Of a DNA stretch of 64,000 nucleotides, positions 41,302 through 51,873 are shown piece by piece. Origin of the DNA: Anaerolineae bacterium (GTDB taxonomy: Bacteria; Chloroflexota; Anaerolineae; Aggregatilineales; J027); assembly GCA_008933735.1 (NCBI GenBank), contig WBUL01000003.1, positions 235,019-299,018 on the forward strand, written 5' to 3'. The first letter of the stretch is position 1. Every line of letters starts with the position of its first letter. The position numbers and the translations under genes were made by a program. The notes under the pieces were generated by a model. The model made no database searches. It was not told the origin of the DNA and saw only the letters and a program-made list of their open reading frames with translations.

Positions 41302-42021
41302 TTAATTCCTCTGCTTCCGAAGACCACGTTCAAGTGCCTGTCGAATTTCATCCTGAAATTCGGAAATATCCGCTTCCATCGCTGTCCGTGCGGCGTCGGA
41401 GTCATGCCGTTTTATGGCTGCCAGCAGCGCCCGATGATGGCGATTGGGATCTTCCCAGTTGTTGTCGTAGACCTGCTCTTTAACTTTGCGGAAAACCTCG
41501 CTGAAAGAGTTGAGCAGATATTCCAGCAGCGTATTCCTCGCGGCCTGCCAGATCTGAATATGGAACTGGTGCTCAACCCTCACATAGGCTGTAGTCTGAT
41601 CAACAGTTTTCTGCATTTCATCAAGTGAGGTTCTCAGACTTTCAATATCTTCTTCATTGGCCCGTGCCGCCGCTAATCCTGCCGCCTCAACTTCCAGCAT
41701 TTTGCGTATTTCAACCAGGTCCTGTGCCAGGGAGCCTAGTCTCCCAGCCCGCAGCAGGGCCAGCAGCACCTGTGGGTCGGTCTGATTCCAGGCGTGGAGA
41801 GGGCGTACAAAAGTACCTCGCCCCTGCTGAATTTCGACCACCCCTTTGTTTCTCAAAAGTTGGGCGGCCTCGCGTATCACAATTCGACTAACTCCAAACT
41901 CTTCTGCCATTTTGTTTTCCGAGGGTAAGCTCATACCGGGCGGATATTCGCCGTCTGCGATCTGCATTAATACCTGGCTTGATACCTCCTGGGGCAGTCG
42001 TTTCTGAATTAATTTCACCAC
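41302..42021 (-). CDS. GntR family (FadR/FCD) transcriptional regulator
   Basis: 'LPSENKMAEEFGVSRIVIREA', 'GRGTFV', FCD 'FH..I..AARN', 'HR'. Confidence 0.93.
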   Translation of the reverse strand: MVKLIQKRLPQEVSSQVLMQIADGEYPPGMSLPSENKMAEEFGVSRIVIREAAQLLRNKGVVEIQQGRGTFVRPLHAWNQTDPQVLLALLRAGRLGSLAQDLVEIRKMLEVEAAGLAAARANEEDIESLRTSLDEMQKTVDQTTAYVRVEHQFHIQIWQAARNTLLEYLLNSFSEVFRKVKEQVYDNNWEDPNRHHRALLAAIKRHDSDAARTAMEADISEFQDEIRQALERGLRKQRN

Positions 42022-42052
42022 TTGCGAAGTTCTCCAAGTCTCGTTAAATTAG

Positions 42053-42072
42053 TATCATATGATGATATGATA
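42053..42072. promoter_or_regulatory. Palindromic putative GntR operator in the divergent promoter
   Basis: TATCATAT-GATG-ATATGATA, which contains the perfect palindrome ATCATATGAT. Confidence 0.55.
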
Positions 42073-42120
42073 ACATATCAAATATTAATTTGAACTAACT
42101 TTATATAAGGATAAGGTTTT

Positions 42121-42894
42121 ATGGGTTTATTAGACAAGCAGGTAGCGATTGTGACCGGCGCGGGGCAGGGGTTAGGCAAAACCATCGCCCTGGAATTTGC
42201 CCAGGAAGGCGCGGCGGTCGCGCTGCTGGAAATCAATGCCGAGACAGTGAAAGCGGTTGAGGCTGAAATACGTGCCAGCGGGGGTGAGGCCAGAGCCTAC
42301 CCGCTGGACATCACCGACTATGACGCTTATGCCGCTGCGGTGGCGGATCTCCTGTCCTGGAAAGGCAAAATTGATGTCCTCGTTAATAATGCCGCTATTG
42401 CAATTTATGGCACAATTCTCACGGATACATTAGACGCCTGGCGCAAACAGATCAGTGTCAATCTGGAAGCCGTGTATATGGGGTCAAAGCTGGTGGCGCC
42501 GCACATGGTGGAAAAACGCTATGGGCGCATTATCAGTATCACCTCTATCCAGGGATTTGCCTCAAGCGGCGACTGCGGGGCATATAATTCTGCCAAGGGG
42601 GCAATCATCGCCTTTACCAAGTCCATGGCCGTCGAACTGGGTCAGTACAACATTCTGGTGAATGCTGTCGCGCCAGGTTTCATGCGGACCCCGATGTCGT
42701 TTGTCAATGGCGTGGATGAAACAACCACACCAGACTTCATTGAGTGGTATGTAAACCGGGGCAAAGTCCCGCTGAGGCGCACAGGTTACCCCGAAGATGT
42801 GTCAGGTACTGTTGTTTTTCTCGCCTCCAGCTACTGCCGTTACATGACAGGTCAACTGCTGGTGGTTGATGGGGGATTAATGAGTACGTTTTAG
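42121..42894 (+). CDS. SDR family oxidoreductase (paralog B)
   Basis: TGAGQGLG, NNAA, YNSAK. Confidence 0.93.
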   Translation: MGLLDKQVAIVTGAGQGLGKTIALEFAQEGAAVALLEINAETVKAVEAEIRASGGEARAYPLDITDYDAYAAAVADLLSWKGKIDVLVNNAAIAIYGTILTDTLDAWRKQISVNLEAVYMGSKLVAPHMVEKRYGRIISITSIQGFASSGDCGAYNSAKGAIIAFTKSMAVELGQYNILVNAVAPGFMRTPMSFVNGVDETTTPDFIEWYVNRGKVPLRRTGYPEDVSGTVVFLASSYCRYMTGQLLVVDGGLMSTF

Positions 42895-42917
42895 CTTTTT
42901 GTTGGAGGGAAAAAATT

Positions 42918-44249
42918 ATGAGTCGCGTTTCTCGTCGTCATTTTCTGAAGATGTCCGCAGCGCTGGGAGCCGGGTTAGGATTTTCCCGCTCTCTGCCTGC
43001 CTTCGCCCGGAATGTCCGCCTGCAAGATACTGAACTGCTGATGTGGTGGTGGGGAGAGCAAGAGCTCCCTGGTTTACAACAGTTCGTCGATGACAGCATT
43101 GCTGCTTACACGGATGCCAGAATCGAGGCTGTATTGCAGGATACCTCTGTTGTCATTTCGCAGTTCCAGACCGCTTCTGCCGCTAATGAAGCCCCGGATA
43201 TTCAATACCTTTGGAATGGCATTTACCACATGGAAAGTGTCTGGTTTGGCTATCTTGAACCCCTCAACGGGCTGGTTGATCAGACCGTACTGGATGTCTC
43301 GACGCCAACCCTGTTGAGCAATTACGGAGGCAATGTTTATCGCGTGGGCTGGTATCCACTGCCAATGGTCTGGTACTACAACAAGGAGCTGTATGATCAG
43401 GCCGGGTTAGATGCAGATAACCCGCCCAAAACATGGGACGAATTTCTGGATGCCTGCGACAAACTGAAAGGGGCGGGAATTGCCCCAGTGGGTGGCGGCA
43501 TCCAGGACGGCTTCTGGGGTGAATGGTACCTGGGGCATGGTCTGGTACAAAATCTCGATTCCGTCGGCGAAGCCCTTGATCTGTTCATTGGCGAAAGAGA
43601 CTTCCGCGAGCCCAAATATCACGAATTCTGGACCAAACTGGAAGAACTGGTCTCACTTGGTTTCATTAACGAAGAAATGAGTTCGCTGGAACTTTACCCA
43701 GGCATTGACCTGGTCGTGACAGGTCAGCTTGCGATGGGCGAGTCGATTGGGTCGCGGGTGCCCGCAGATAATGCTGCCTTGAATGGCAACCTCGGCGTCA
43801 TGGTGATGCCTGTGTATGGGACAGGGGCGCTGGCGGGCAAACCGATTCTTGATGTGCAGGGTCTGGGGATTTCCTCCCAGAGCGACAACAAAGAAGCGGC
43901 GGCAGCTTTTCTTGAATTCTTACACAGCCCTGATCGTCTGACGGCCTTCTGGGAAACCACCCAATGGATGCCAAGCAACACCGGATGGGATGCCAGTGTC
44001 ATTGAAGATCCGGTCGTGAAATTCATGTGGGATAACTGGAATCTGGGAGAAAATATCCCCTATATCTCGAACCTTGTGCCAGGGCAGTTCTACACCGATG
44101 CTCTGCTGCCTAATGCCCAGGAGATCATTGCAGGCAACCGCACGGGCGAGGAAGCAGGCGAGGTAGCCGCTCAGGTCGTTGAGGACTGGCGTGCCTTTAA
44201 CCCGGACTTGCTGGAAAACTATCAGACGTGGGGCGAAGACCTGCGCTAA
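42918..44249 (+). CDS. Tat-exported carbohydrate ABC solute-binding protein
   Basis: 'SRRHFLK' twin-arginine signal. 'YNKELY', 'PPKTWDEF'. Confidence 0.9.
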   Translation: MSRVSRRHFLKMSAALGAGLGFSRSLPAFARNVRLQDTELLMWWWGEQELPGLQQFVDDSIAAYTDARIEAVLQDTSVVISQFQTASAANEAPDIQYLWNGIYHMESVWFGYLEPLNGLVDQTVLDVSTPTLLSNYGGNVYRVGWYPLPMVWYYNKELYDQAGLDADNPPKTWDEFLDACDKLKGAGIAPVGGGIQDGFWGEWYLGHGLVQNLDSVGEALDLFIGERDFREPKYHEFWTKLEELVSLGFINEEMSSLELYPGIDLVVTGQLAMGESIGSRVPADNAALNGNLGVMVMPVYGTGALAGKPILDVQGLGISSQSDNKEAAAAFLEFLHSPDRLTAFWETTQWMPSNTGWDASVIEDPVVKFMWDNWNLGENIPYISNLVPGQFYTDALLPNAQEIIAGNRTGEEAGEVAAQVVEDWRAFNPDLLENYQTWGEDLR

Positions 44250-44256
44250 ACGCTGC

Positions 44257-44281
44257 GAGGGCAGGTCACCGACCTGCCCTC
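44257..44281 (+). other. Perfect stem-loop after the binding-protein gene
   Basis: GAGGGCAGGTC-ACC-GACCTGCCCTC. Confidence 0.65.
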
Positions 44282-44294
44282 CCTCTGACCGCTT

Positions 44295-45173
44295 ATGATC
44301 CGTACACGCAACCCGATTGTTCCCTATCTTTTTGTCACGCCGCTGATCGCGCTGCTGGTCTTTATTTTTGGCTACCCACTGGTCAAGATTTTCGACTTCA
44401 GCTTTCGGCGCATTCGTGGGATTACCGGCCCCTGGGTAGGCAGAGAAAATTATGATCTGATCCTTGACCATCCGCTTTTCCGCGAAGCGGTTAATCACAA
44501 TTTGCAGCTTTTGATTGCCGTTCCGATTCTGATTTTCCTCTCGCTGCTGATTGCTGTTGTCCTGTTTGACCAGGTGAAAGGCTGGCGCATTTATCGCACC
44601 ATCCTGTTTATCCCCTACATCCTTGCTGTGCCTATTGTTGCGGTGGTGCTGAAAAACTTTTTGCAGTTTAACGGCCCCTTCAATGAAACCCTCCGTTCTG
44701 TGGAATTGGATGCCCTGGCGGTGGACTGGATCGGGTCGCCGGATTATGCCCTGTGGACGGTGATGGGGGTGATTATCTGGCGGGAATTGGGGTTCGGCAT
44801 CATTTTAATGCTCTCCCGTCTGTTGAGTTTAGATCAGGAAACATTAGAAGCGGCGGAACTGGATGGAGCAGGCTGGTGGCAGCGTTTTTTCTATGTCATC
44901 CTGCCTCAGATGACCGGAGTCATCGAATTTTACTTCGTGGTCAGTCTCATCACGATGATTGCAGCCGTATTTTCCTACATCTACATGATCGGCAGAGGCG
45001 GCCCCGGCACTTCCACGATGGTGCTTGAGCTGTACATTTACAACTTCATCACCCGTAACTCGCTCCCAGGGATTGCGTCGGCAGTATCGGTGATGTTGTT
45101 CCTGGTGACGACGGTACTTATCTTGATTTTGTTCTGGCTGCGGCGTGGGGCGCGGGAAAGGGAAGTCGGATGA
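44295..45173 (+). CDS. Carbohydrate ABC permease
   Basis: 'LEAAELDGA' EAA motif. Confidence 0.92.
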   Translation: MIRTRNPIVPYLFVTPLIALLVFIFGYPLVKIFDFSFRRIRGITGPWVGRENYDLILDHPLFREAVNHNLQLLIAVPILIFLSLLIAVVLFDQVKGWRIYRTILFIPYILAVPIVAVVLKNFLQFNGPFNETLRSVELDALAVDWIGSPDYALWTVMGVIIWRELGFGIILMLSRLLSLDQETLEAAELDGAGWWQRFFYVILPQMTGVIEFYFVVSLITMIAAVFSYIYMIGRGGPGTSTMVLELYIYNFITRNSLPGIASAVSVMLFLVTTVLILILFWLRRGAREREVG

Positions 45174-46009
45174 GCACAATCCGCAAAAGATTCACGATGG
45201 GCACGGCAGCGCGTCATACCCTGCTGCTGTTTTTTACGCTGCTGGCACTCGGCCCCTCGTTTTTCATGATTATGACTTCTGTCAAAACCAAAGATGAGTA
45301 TGTCTTCGACAAAATTGGTCTGCCGGACAAAATCGTGCTGCAAAATTTTGAAGATGCGCTGGTGGACAACGATTTCCTGCTGTGGATGCGGAACAGCACT
45401 ATTTTAGCCGTCGGGTCAGTCGTATTAAGCACTGCGGTGGCGTCGTTAGCCGCCTTCGCCATTGCCCGGATGCAGTTTTTCGGGCGCGACCTGCTGCTGT
45501 CAATCAGTACCTCTCTGATGATTATCCCGCCTGTGGTGATGATTGTGCCGCTGTTTGTGCTGTATACCCGGCTGGAGCTTATCAGCACCTTTCATGGTGT
45601 GATTCTGATTTACGCTGGTTTGATTACCCCTTTTTCGGTGTACCTGCTGGTGAGCTTTTTCCGTACCCTGCCCGGTGAAATTCTGGAGGCAGCTTTGATC
45701 GATGGGGCGACCTCACTGGGAGTGCTTTGGCGTGTCGTGCTGCCAATGTCCCTCCCTGCGCTGCTGACGCTGTTTGTAGTCAATGCGCTGTATGTGTGGA
45801 ACGATCTGCTGATTGCCCTCATCTTTCTGCAAAGCGACGACAGCCGGACGCTGATGGCGGGAATCAGTGTCTTTCAGGGCCGTTATAACAATCAAATTCC
45901 ACTGACGATGGCCGGGATGCTGATGGCGAGTCTGCCCATGTTGATCCTGTATATTTTGTTCCAGCGCTACTTTATTCGAGGACTGGTCGCAGGGGCGCTC
46001 AAAGGGTAA
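45170..46009 (+). CDS. Carbohydrate ABC permease
   Basis: 'LEAALIDGA', 'WNDLL', 'GALKG'. Confidence 0.92.
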   Translation: MSTIRKRFTMGTAARHTLLLFFTLLALGPSFFMIMTSVKTKDEYVFDKIGLPDKIVLQNFEDALVDNDFLLWMRNSTILAVGSVVLSTAVASLAAFAIARMQFFGRDLLLSISTSLMIIPPVVMIVPLFVLYTRLELISTFHGVILIYAGLITPFSVYLLVSFFRTLPGEILEAALIDGATSLGVLWRVVLPMSLPALLTLFVVNALYVWNDLLIALIFLQSDDSRTLMAGISVFQGRYNNQIPLTMAGMLMASLPMLILYILFQRYFIRGLVAGALKG

Positions 46010-46023
46010 AAGGAGTTTTATTG

Positions 46024-46794
46024 ATGGGAGAATTGGACGGACGTATCACCATTATTACCGGAGCCGGACGCGGCATCGGTTTTGGCATCGCCGAGCGGCT
46101 GTGTAAGGCCGGCGCCGAAGTGATTGTCGCTGAAGTAAACCCGGAAACGGGGCAGAGAGCAGTTAAAGCGCTCACGGAGGCCGGATATAAAGCCTGGTTT
46201 CATGAAGTGGATGTCCGCAAGCCTGACAGCGTTGAAAACCTCGTCAAAGCCGTTGTAGACCGATATGGACGGATTGATATTCTGATTAATAACGCCGGTC
46301 TCGCCAAAATCGGCCCTTCAGAAACCTTCCCACTTGAAGATTGGTACCTCCAGATTGATGTCATGTACAACGGTGTATTCCTGTGTATGCAGGCCGTTGG
46401 TCGGGTGATGCTGCAACAGGGCAAAGGGGTCATTCTGAACATCAGCTCTATTGGAGGTTTGGGCGCGTGGCCGATGCGACAGGCATACAACAGTGCCAAG
46501 GCAGGGGTCATCAGCCTGACGGAGAACATCGGGTGTGAATGGGCACGGCGGGGTGTGCGCGTGGTCAGCGTTGCCCCTGGTGTAACCCGCACCGACATGC
46601 TTCAGCAAATGGTAGACGAGGGAATCGCGACCCTCACTAAATACAATGATCGAACCCCGATGGGGCGTGTGGGCGAAGTAGACGAAATCGCTAAGGTGGT
46701 GCAGTTCCTCGTCAGCGACCGCGCCAGTTACATTACCGCTACTACCGTGACCGTCGATGGCGGTTGGGTTGCGTGGGGTAATTTACCCGTGTAG
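46024..46794 (+). CDS. SDR family oxidoreductase
   Basis: TGAGRGIG, NNAG, YNSAK, 'VDGGW'. Confidence 0.93.
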   Translation: MGELDGRITIITGAGRGIGFGIAERLCKAGAEVIVAEVNPETGQRAVKALTEAGYKAWFHEVDVRKPDSVENLVKAVVDRYGRIDILINNAGLAKIGPSETFPLEDWYLQIDVMYNGVFLCMQAVGRVMLQQGKGVILNISSIGGLGAWPMRQAYNSAKAGVISLTENIGCEWARRGVRVVSVAPGVTRTDMLQQMVDEGIATLTKYNDRTPMGRVGEVDEIAKVVQFLVSDRASYITATTVTVDGGWVAWGNLPV

Positions 46795-46804
46795 GAGCAA
46801 AACC

Positions 46805-47572
46805 ATGCAATTTCATGAAAAAGTTGTGGTCATTACCGGAGCAGGACGCGGCATCGGATACGCGCTGGCGGAGGCCTTTACTGAGGAAGGCGCCAGAGTC
46901 GTGATTGCTGAAATTAACCCTGAAACGGGCGCTGCCGCCGCACAGAAACTCAGCGCACATTTCACCCAGGTCGATGTCAGCAGTGCTCCGGCGGTCAAAC
47001 AGGCGGTGAATGAGGTTGTCAAAACACACGGGCGAATCGATGTGTGGATTAACAACGCTGGAATCGCGCATAAGGGCATGGCAGTTGATCTGGAACCCGA
47101 AGATTGGGACGCAGACATAGGGGTGATGCTCTCCGGTGCGTTTTACTGTGCCAGATATGCGGGGGAAGTCATGCTCAGGCAGGGGAGCGGCAGTATGGTG
47201 AATATCGCCTCTGTGAACGGCCTGTTCGCACAAAAAGCGCGTGCACCCTACTGTTCCGCCAAAGCGGGCCTTATCATGCTCACAAAAGTGCTGGCTTCAG
47301 AATGGGGGGCACAGGGCGTGCGGGTCAATGCGGTCGCACCGGGAATCTTCATGACTGAACTGGTGCAGCAGGGTATTGATCAGGGCATCGTCAAAAAAGA
47401 AACCTACTTCAGCCGCATTCCGATGGGGCGGATGGGTGAAATGAATGAGCTTATTGAGGCCGTTAAATTTTTAGCAGGCGATGAGGCCTCCTTTGTGACG
47501 GGTGAAGTCCTCCGGGTTGATGGTGGTTGGACGGCTTATCACCTGTTTTATCCATTTGAGGAAGCATTTTAA
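46805..47572 (+). CDS. SDR family oxidoreductase
   Basis: TGAGRGIG, NNAG, YCSAK. Start ATG 46805 after AGGAG. Confidence 0.93.
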   Translation: MQFHEKVVVITGAGRGIGYALAEAFTEEGARVVIAEINPETGAAAAQKLSAHFTQVDVSSAPAVKQAVNEVVKTHGRIDVWINNAGIAHKGMAVDLEPEDWDADIGVMLSGAFYCARYAGEVMLRQGSGSMVNIASVNGLFAQKARAPYCSAKAGLIMLTKVLASEWGAQGVRVNAVAPGIFMTELVQQGIDQGIVKKETYFSRIPMGRMGEMNELIEAVKFLAGDEASFVTGEVLRVDGGWTAYHLFYPFEEAF

Positions 47573-47598
47573 TAAATTCTTCTCAGGAGCAAATTGAC

Positions 47599-48444
47599 AT
47601 GGCAGAAAACTTACTGGCTTTAAATGCGGTTCCGCACGGCCTTGACCATCCTGAAGGGGTGGCCTGGGGGCCAGATAAAAAAGTGTATGCTGGTGGGGAA
47701 GCGGGGCAGGTATACCGGATTGACGTTGAAAACAATACCTGTGAAACCTTTGCCAATACAGGTGGATTCGTCCTGGGCATGGCGCATGACGCTGCCGGGA
47801 ATGTTTACGCCTGTGACATGGGCCGCGCAGAGGTTGTCAAAGTCACGCCGGATGGGAAAGTTTCAACGTATTCAAACGGGAACGCCGACCAGAAAATGCG
47901 TGTTCCCAATTACCCCGTTTTTGATGCGGCAGGCAATCTTTACGTGTCCGATTCAGGGGAGTGGGGCAAGCAGAATGGCTTTATCTGGCGGGTGAAACCC
48001 GGCGGCACGACAGAAATCTGGGACACCAGCGCGAATGGCTATACCAATGGGATGTGCCTGGGGCCGGATGGGAAATCGCTGTATGTGGTTGAGTCCTGCC
48101 CACCCCTGATCTCCCGCGTTCCGATCAGCACCGATGGTTCTGCTGGGGAACGTTCCATTGTGGTTGAACTGCCACGCAACGTGCCGGATGGGGTGGCGTT
48201 TGATGTGCAAAACAATCTGTATATCTCTCTCTATAACCCGAACATCATCTATCGATACAGCGGCGGCAAACTGACCGTCTTGTATGATGACTGGGAGCAG
48301 TTACTTTTGATCGCCCCCACCAACATCGCGTTTGGCGGGGCGGATATGAAAACACTGTTCATCGCCAACCTGTGCGGTTGGAATATCGTCAGTGCAGCAA
48401 TGGATATTGCGGGTCTGCCGGTGAAGTACCCGTCATTGGGTTAG
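47599..48444 (+). CDS. SMP-30/gluconolactonase family protein
   Basis: 'HPEG', 'PNY', 'TNG', 'PDG', 'PTNIAFGG'. Confidence 0.9.
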   Translation: MAENLLALNAVPHGLDHPEGVAWGPDKKVYAGGEAGQVYRIDVENNTCETFANTGGFVLGMAHDAAGNVYACDMGRAEVVKVTPDGKVSTYSNGNADQKMRVPNYPVFDAAGNLYVSDSGEWGKQNGFIWRVKPGGTTEIWDTSANGYTNGMCLGPDGKSLYVVESCPPLISRVPISTDGSAGERSIVVELPRNVPDGVAFDVQNNLYISLYNPNIIYRYSGGKLTVLYDDWEQLLLIAPTNIAFGGADMKTLFIANLCGWNIVSAAMDIAGLPVKYPSLG

Positions 48445-48896
48445 GGTTTCGACTGGAAAAGCTCAATGATGATTCCATCCGGGTCTTTCATATAAACTGC
48501 CCAACCGCCCTCGTTTGGCCCTTCATCCAGATAAACGGGTTCGGTAAAAAATTCGACGCCTGCTTCTTTGAGGCGGGTGTACAGGCTTCTTAGATCATCC
48601 ACGAAATAGGCGATATGGCTGCTGCCGGGGTTATTCGGCGTTGTGATCTTCTGCCGTTCGCCACGTGGATGTTTGTATTCAAAGAGTTCTAAGGTGTGGG
48701 TTGTGCCGGGGATTTGCAGCAAAACCGCATGGACGACACAGTCAGGGATGCCGACGATGGTACGAAAATACCGGTTGGTAACCTCAGGGCGGTCATGGAT
48801 CAGTTCAAATCCCAGCAAATCCCGGTAAAACGCCAGTGACTGCTGCATATTGGAGACCGAATAACTCGTATGATGTGCGCCGATAATTGTTCCCAT
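48441..48896 (-). CDS. VOC (glyoxalase-like) family protein
   Basis: 'HHTSYSV', 'LELFEY', 'HIAYFVDD', 'DPDGIIIEL'. Confidence 0.9.
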   Translation of the reverse strand: MGTIIGAHHTSYSVSNMQQSLAFYRDLLGFELIHDRPEVTNRYFRTIVGIPDCVVHAVLLQIPGTTHTLELFEYKHPRGERQKITTPNNPGSSHIAYFVDDLRSLYTRLKEAGVEFFTEPVYLDEGPNEGGWAVYMKDPDGIIIELFQSKP

Positions 48897-48922
48897 GAAA
48901 ATCTCCTTGATTGGATGATTAA

Positions 48923-49816
48923 ATGAAAAGTATTGTTCTCATTGCCCTAGCGGGTCTTGGTTACAGCACCCTGCCGATTTTTAGCGTTGCCCTGAACGAT
49001 TATGGTGTCGGAACCTGGGCACAGGTGCTGATGCGGCTGGTACTGATGACTGTGTTTCTTGCCATCGTGACCATCAGACTCCGGCCTGCCATTGACCGCC
49101 GTCAGCGTTTTTTCTTCTTCATGAATGGTTTCTTCATTTTTGCAGGCTTTGTAACCTATTTGCTGTCGCTGGAGCTAGGTACACCGCCCGCCAAAGCCAT
49201 TCTCCTGGTCTATATCTATCCGATCTTCACCATTCTCGTCGGTGGGTTCCTGCTTCATGAACCCATGACCCCGCCAAAAATCGTGGCGGTGGCGGTGGGG
49301 GTTGTCGGTGTCGCCCTGACCTTCGAGTTCTGGAAAATTGAGAGCCTGACCGAATTTAAGTCTGGCGATATTCTCGCGCTGCTGAACGGCATCCTGGCGG
49401 GCAGTATTGTCCTGGTTGGGCGTTACGCGCATCAGCATCAACCACCCTTCGTGACTCTGCTTTGGTCATTTATTTACGCCCTGGTCTGGCTCACGGCAGT
49501 ATCGATTTTTTTCACCGTGACTGCGGGCTTCGGAGAAGTTCTGGACGCGGTGACCTTTACCCTGTCACCCGCATCTATTTTTTTCCTGCTTGGCATGGTC
49601 ATTTGCGGCACGATTCTACCGTATCTGTTCCTTTATACCGGACTCAAGCATGTGCCATCGGGAACAGCCAGTGTACTGATGTTGTTAGAACCCGTTGGCG
49701 TGTTTGTCCTGTCGGCGATTTTCTTGCGGCAAACCATCGGCCTGTGGCAGCTCATTGGTGGTGCCGCCATTCTCGGTGCTGGGCTCATCGCCAGCGCCAG
49801 AGCCGCTGCCGGCTAA
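48923..49816 (+). CDS. EamA/DMT family transporter
   Basis: About ten TM segments in two repeats. 'LYTGLKHV..GTASVLMLLEPV'. Confidence 0.88.
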   Translation: MKSIVLIALAGLGYSTLPIFSVALNDYGVGTWAQVLMRLVLMTVFLAIVTIRLRPAIDRRQRFFFFMNGFFIFAGFVTYLLSLELGTPPAKAILLVYIYPIFTILVGGFLLHEPMTPPKIVAVAVGVVGVALTFEFWKIESLTEFKSGDILALLNGILAGSIVLVGRYAHQHQPPFVTLLWSFIYALVWLTAVSIFFTVTAGFGEVLDAVTFTLSPASIFFLLGMVICGTILPYLFLYTGLKHVPSGTASVLMLLEPVGVFVLSAIFLRQTIGLWQLIGGAAILGAGLIASARAAAG

Positions 49817-51867
49817 GATTTTGCGGTTTGTAACGTGCTTTTCGACCACGTTTCACGCTGGCGCAGTTCCTCAAGCGGGATATGACAGTGCAGCGCGTGG
49901 GTTTCACTAACCTGTTGAAGCGGCGGCGGGACATCTTCACAAATCTTCCCCACTTTCCAGGGGCAGCGATTGGCGAAGGGGCAGGCGGTTTTGCGCGAGC
50001 CTGTTCCCTCAGCCGCATCACTCCGCACAGTGGGCACCAGCCGTGACTCGGTATTCACTTCGGGTACTGCTGACAGCAGCATATGGGTGTATGGATGAAA
50101 CGGCGGCGAGTACACCTCTTCGACCTGCCCGTACTCGCACAATTCGCCCAGATACAGCACACCAACGCGATGCGCCAGCGACCGTACCACTGCCAGATCA
50201 TGCGAAATAAACAGATAGGCGATCTGGCGTTCGGCTTGCAGTGCTCGCAGCAGTTCCAGGATGCTCGCCTGCACCGACACATCAAGTGCCGAGAGAATCT
50301 CATCGCACAGCATCAGTTTAGGATTTGCCGCCAGCGCACGCGCAATCGCCACGCGCTGACGTTCCCCACCGGAAAGCTCACCTGGGTAACGCCGCACATA
50401 GGTTTTGTCCAGCCGTACATCGTCCAGCAGTTGTTCAACCCGATTCCGCAGCTCCTTACCACGCAGATGGAAAAAGATTTCCAGGGGGCGCCCAATAATT
50501 TGCAGCACAGGCTGGCGTGGATTCAGCGAAGCGTCCGGGTTTTGCAGCACTAATTGAATATCCCGTCGTAAATCCTGGGTGCGAGCGCCGACTTTTCCGG
50601 CGATAGCCTGGTCATCGAATGTTACTTTGCCAGAGGGAGGTCTTAACAGCCCGGCAATTGTGCGGGCGATGGTTGATTTGCCGCTGCCGGATTCCCCCAC
50701 CAGTGCAAATGTTTCACTGGGACGTATATCAAAACTCACGTCCCGCACGACGAGTTTCGCTACAGGATTGGCAAACAGACTGGCACGATGATATTCATAC
50801 GCACAGTTCAAATCATCCACCTGTAACAACGGCGCTCCTTTTGGGGCAGAAACAATTTCTGGCTGGGGAAGTTCTTCGACAATTTCTGTGGCTAGCTGCG
50901 GCACCTCTGACCAGCGCCAGCAGGCAACCTGATGATTTTCCGCTGCGGTGACGAGGTTTTGCTTATCAGAAAAACACGATTCGTGCGCGAACAGGCAGCG
51001 CGGCGCGAAGCGACAGCCAGGAGGAAGCTGGTCACGCTGCAAATAGCCGCGCAGGAGGATTCTACGACGCTGGCGCGGCACACGAACACTGGGTACGGAG
51101 GCGATCAGGCCGCGTGTATAAGGATGACGCGGGTTGCGGAACAACTCTCCAGTCGGCGCCTCCTCCACCAATTCTCCGGCATACATGACTCCTACCCGGT
51201 CACAAATGGTGGCGACCACACTCAGGTCATGGGTTACATAGACCATTGCCATGCCCTGTTCCTGCCGCAGATGCATGAGCAGTTCCAGAATCTGCGCCTG
51301 GGTAGTGACATCCAGACCGGTTGTCGGTTCATCAAGGACCAGCAAATCCGGACGACATGCCAGAGCCATCGCAATAATGACGCGCTGCTGCTGCCCACCA
51401 CTGAGTTGATGGGGATACTTTTGTGCAGTCTTTAGCGGATCAGGCAGGCGGACATGAGCCAGCAAATCCAGGACTCGTTCCTGACGCTCTCCGCCGGAAA
51501 CCCCATGTGCGGCCAGCACCTCATTGATTTGCCTGCCCACCCGCATTCCCGGACTGAGAGTGGTGGTGGGATTCTGGGGCACAAGCGCAATCCGTTTCCC
51601 CCGGATACGGCGCAGGGCTGAACCAGGCAGTTTTAAGATATTTTGCCCATCAAAACACACCTCAGCGTTTTTGTCGATCCGGCTGTTCGGGCGGCGATAA
51701 CCCAGAAGCGTATAGGCGGTGGTTGTTTTGCCGCAGCCGGACTCGCCAACCAGTCCCATAGCTTCGCCGGGCATCACTTTAAAGGACACATGACTGACCA
51801 CATTGACCCATCGGTTCTGATTCCAGAAATCAACAGTCAGATTTTCAACTTCCAGCAGAGGATTCAT
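49813..51867 (-). CDS. Opp/Dpp-type ABC transporter ATPase (fused D+F)
   Basis: Two Walker A motifs 'GESGCGKT' and 'GESGSGKS', LSGG signatures, and Cys-rich 'HPYT...C.F..RC' tails. Confidence 0.93.
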   Translation of the reverse strand: MNPLLEVENLTVDFWNQNRWVNVVSHVSFKVMPGEAMGLVGESGCGKTTTAYTLLGYRRPNSRIDKNAEVCFDGQNILKLPGSALRRIRGKRIALVPQNPTTTLSPGMRVGRQINEVLAAHGVSGGERQERVLDLLAHVRLPDPLKTAQKYPHQLSGGQQQRVIIAMALACRPDLLVLDEPTTGLDVTTQAQILELLMHLRQEQGMAMVYVTHDLSVVATICDRVGVMYAGELVEEAPTGELFRNPRHPYTRGLIASVPSVRVPRQRRRILLRGYLQRDQLPPGCRFAPRCLFAHESCFSDKQNLVTAAENHQVACWRWSEVPQLATEIVEELPQPEIVSAPKGAPLLQVDDLNCAYEYHRASLFANPVAKLVVRDVSFDIRPSETFALVGESGSGKSTIARTIAGLLRPPSGKVTFDDQAIAGKVGARTQDLRRDIQLVLQNPDASLNPRQPVLQIIGRPLEIFFHLRGKELRNRVEQLLDDVRLDKTYVRRYPGELSGGERQRVAIARALAANPKLMLCDEILSALDVSVQASILELLRALQAERQIAYLFISHDLAVVRSLAHRVGVLYLGELCEYGQVEEVYSPPFHPYTHMLLSAVPEVNTESRLVPTVRSDAAEGTGSRKTACPFANRCPWKVGKICEDVPPPLQQVSETHALHCHIPLEELRQRETWSKSTLQTAKS

Positions 51868-51873
51868 AGTCGT

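Larger units (their letters stand above)
40893..42524. repeat. Inverted repeat blocks: 41033-41281 = rc 42136-42384 (249 bp) and 40893-40960 = rc 42457-42524 (68 bp)
   Basis: By-eye nucleotide identity between the two divergent SDR genes, including synonymous positions. Confidence 0.9.
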
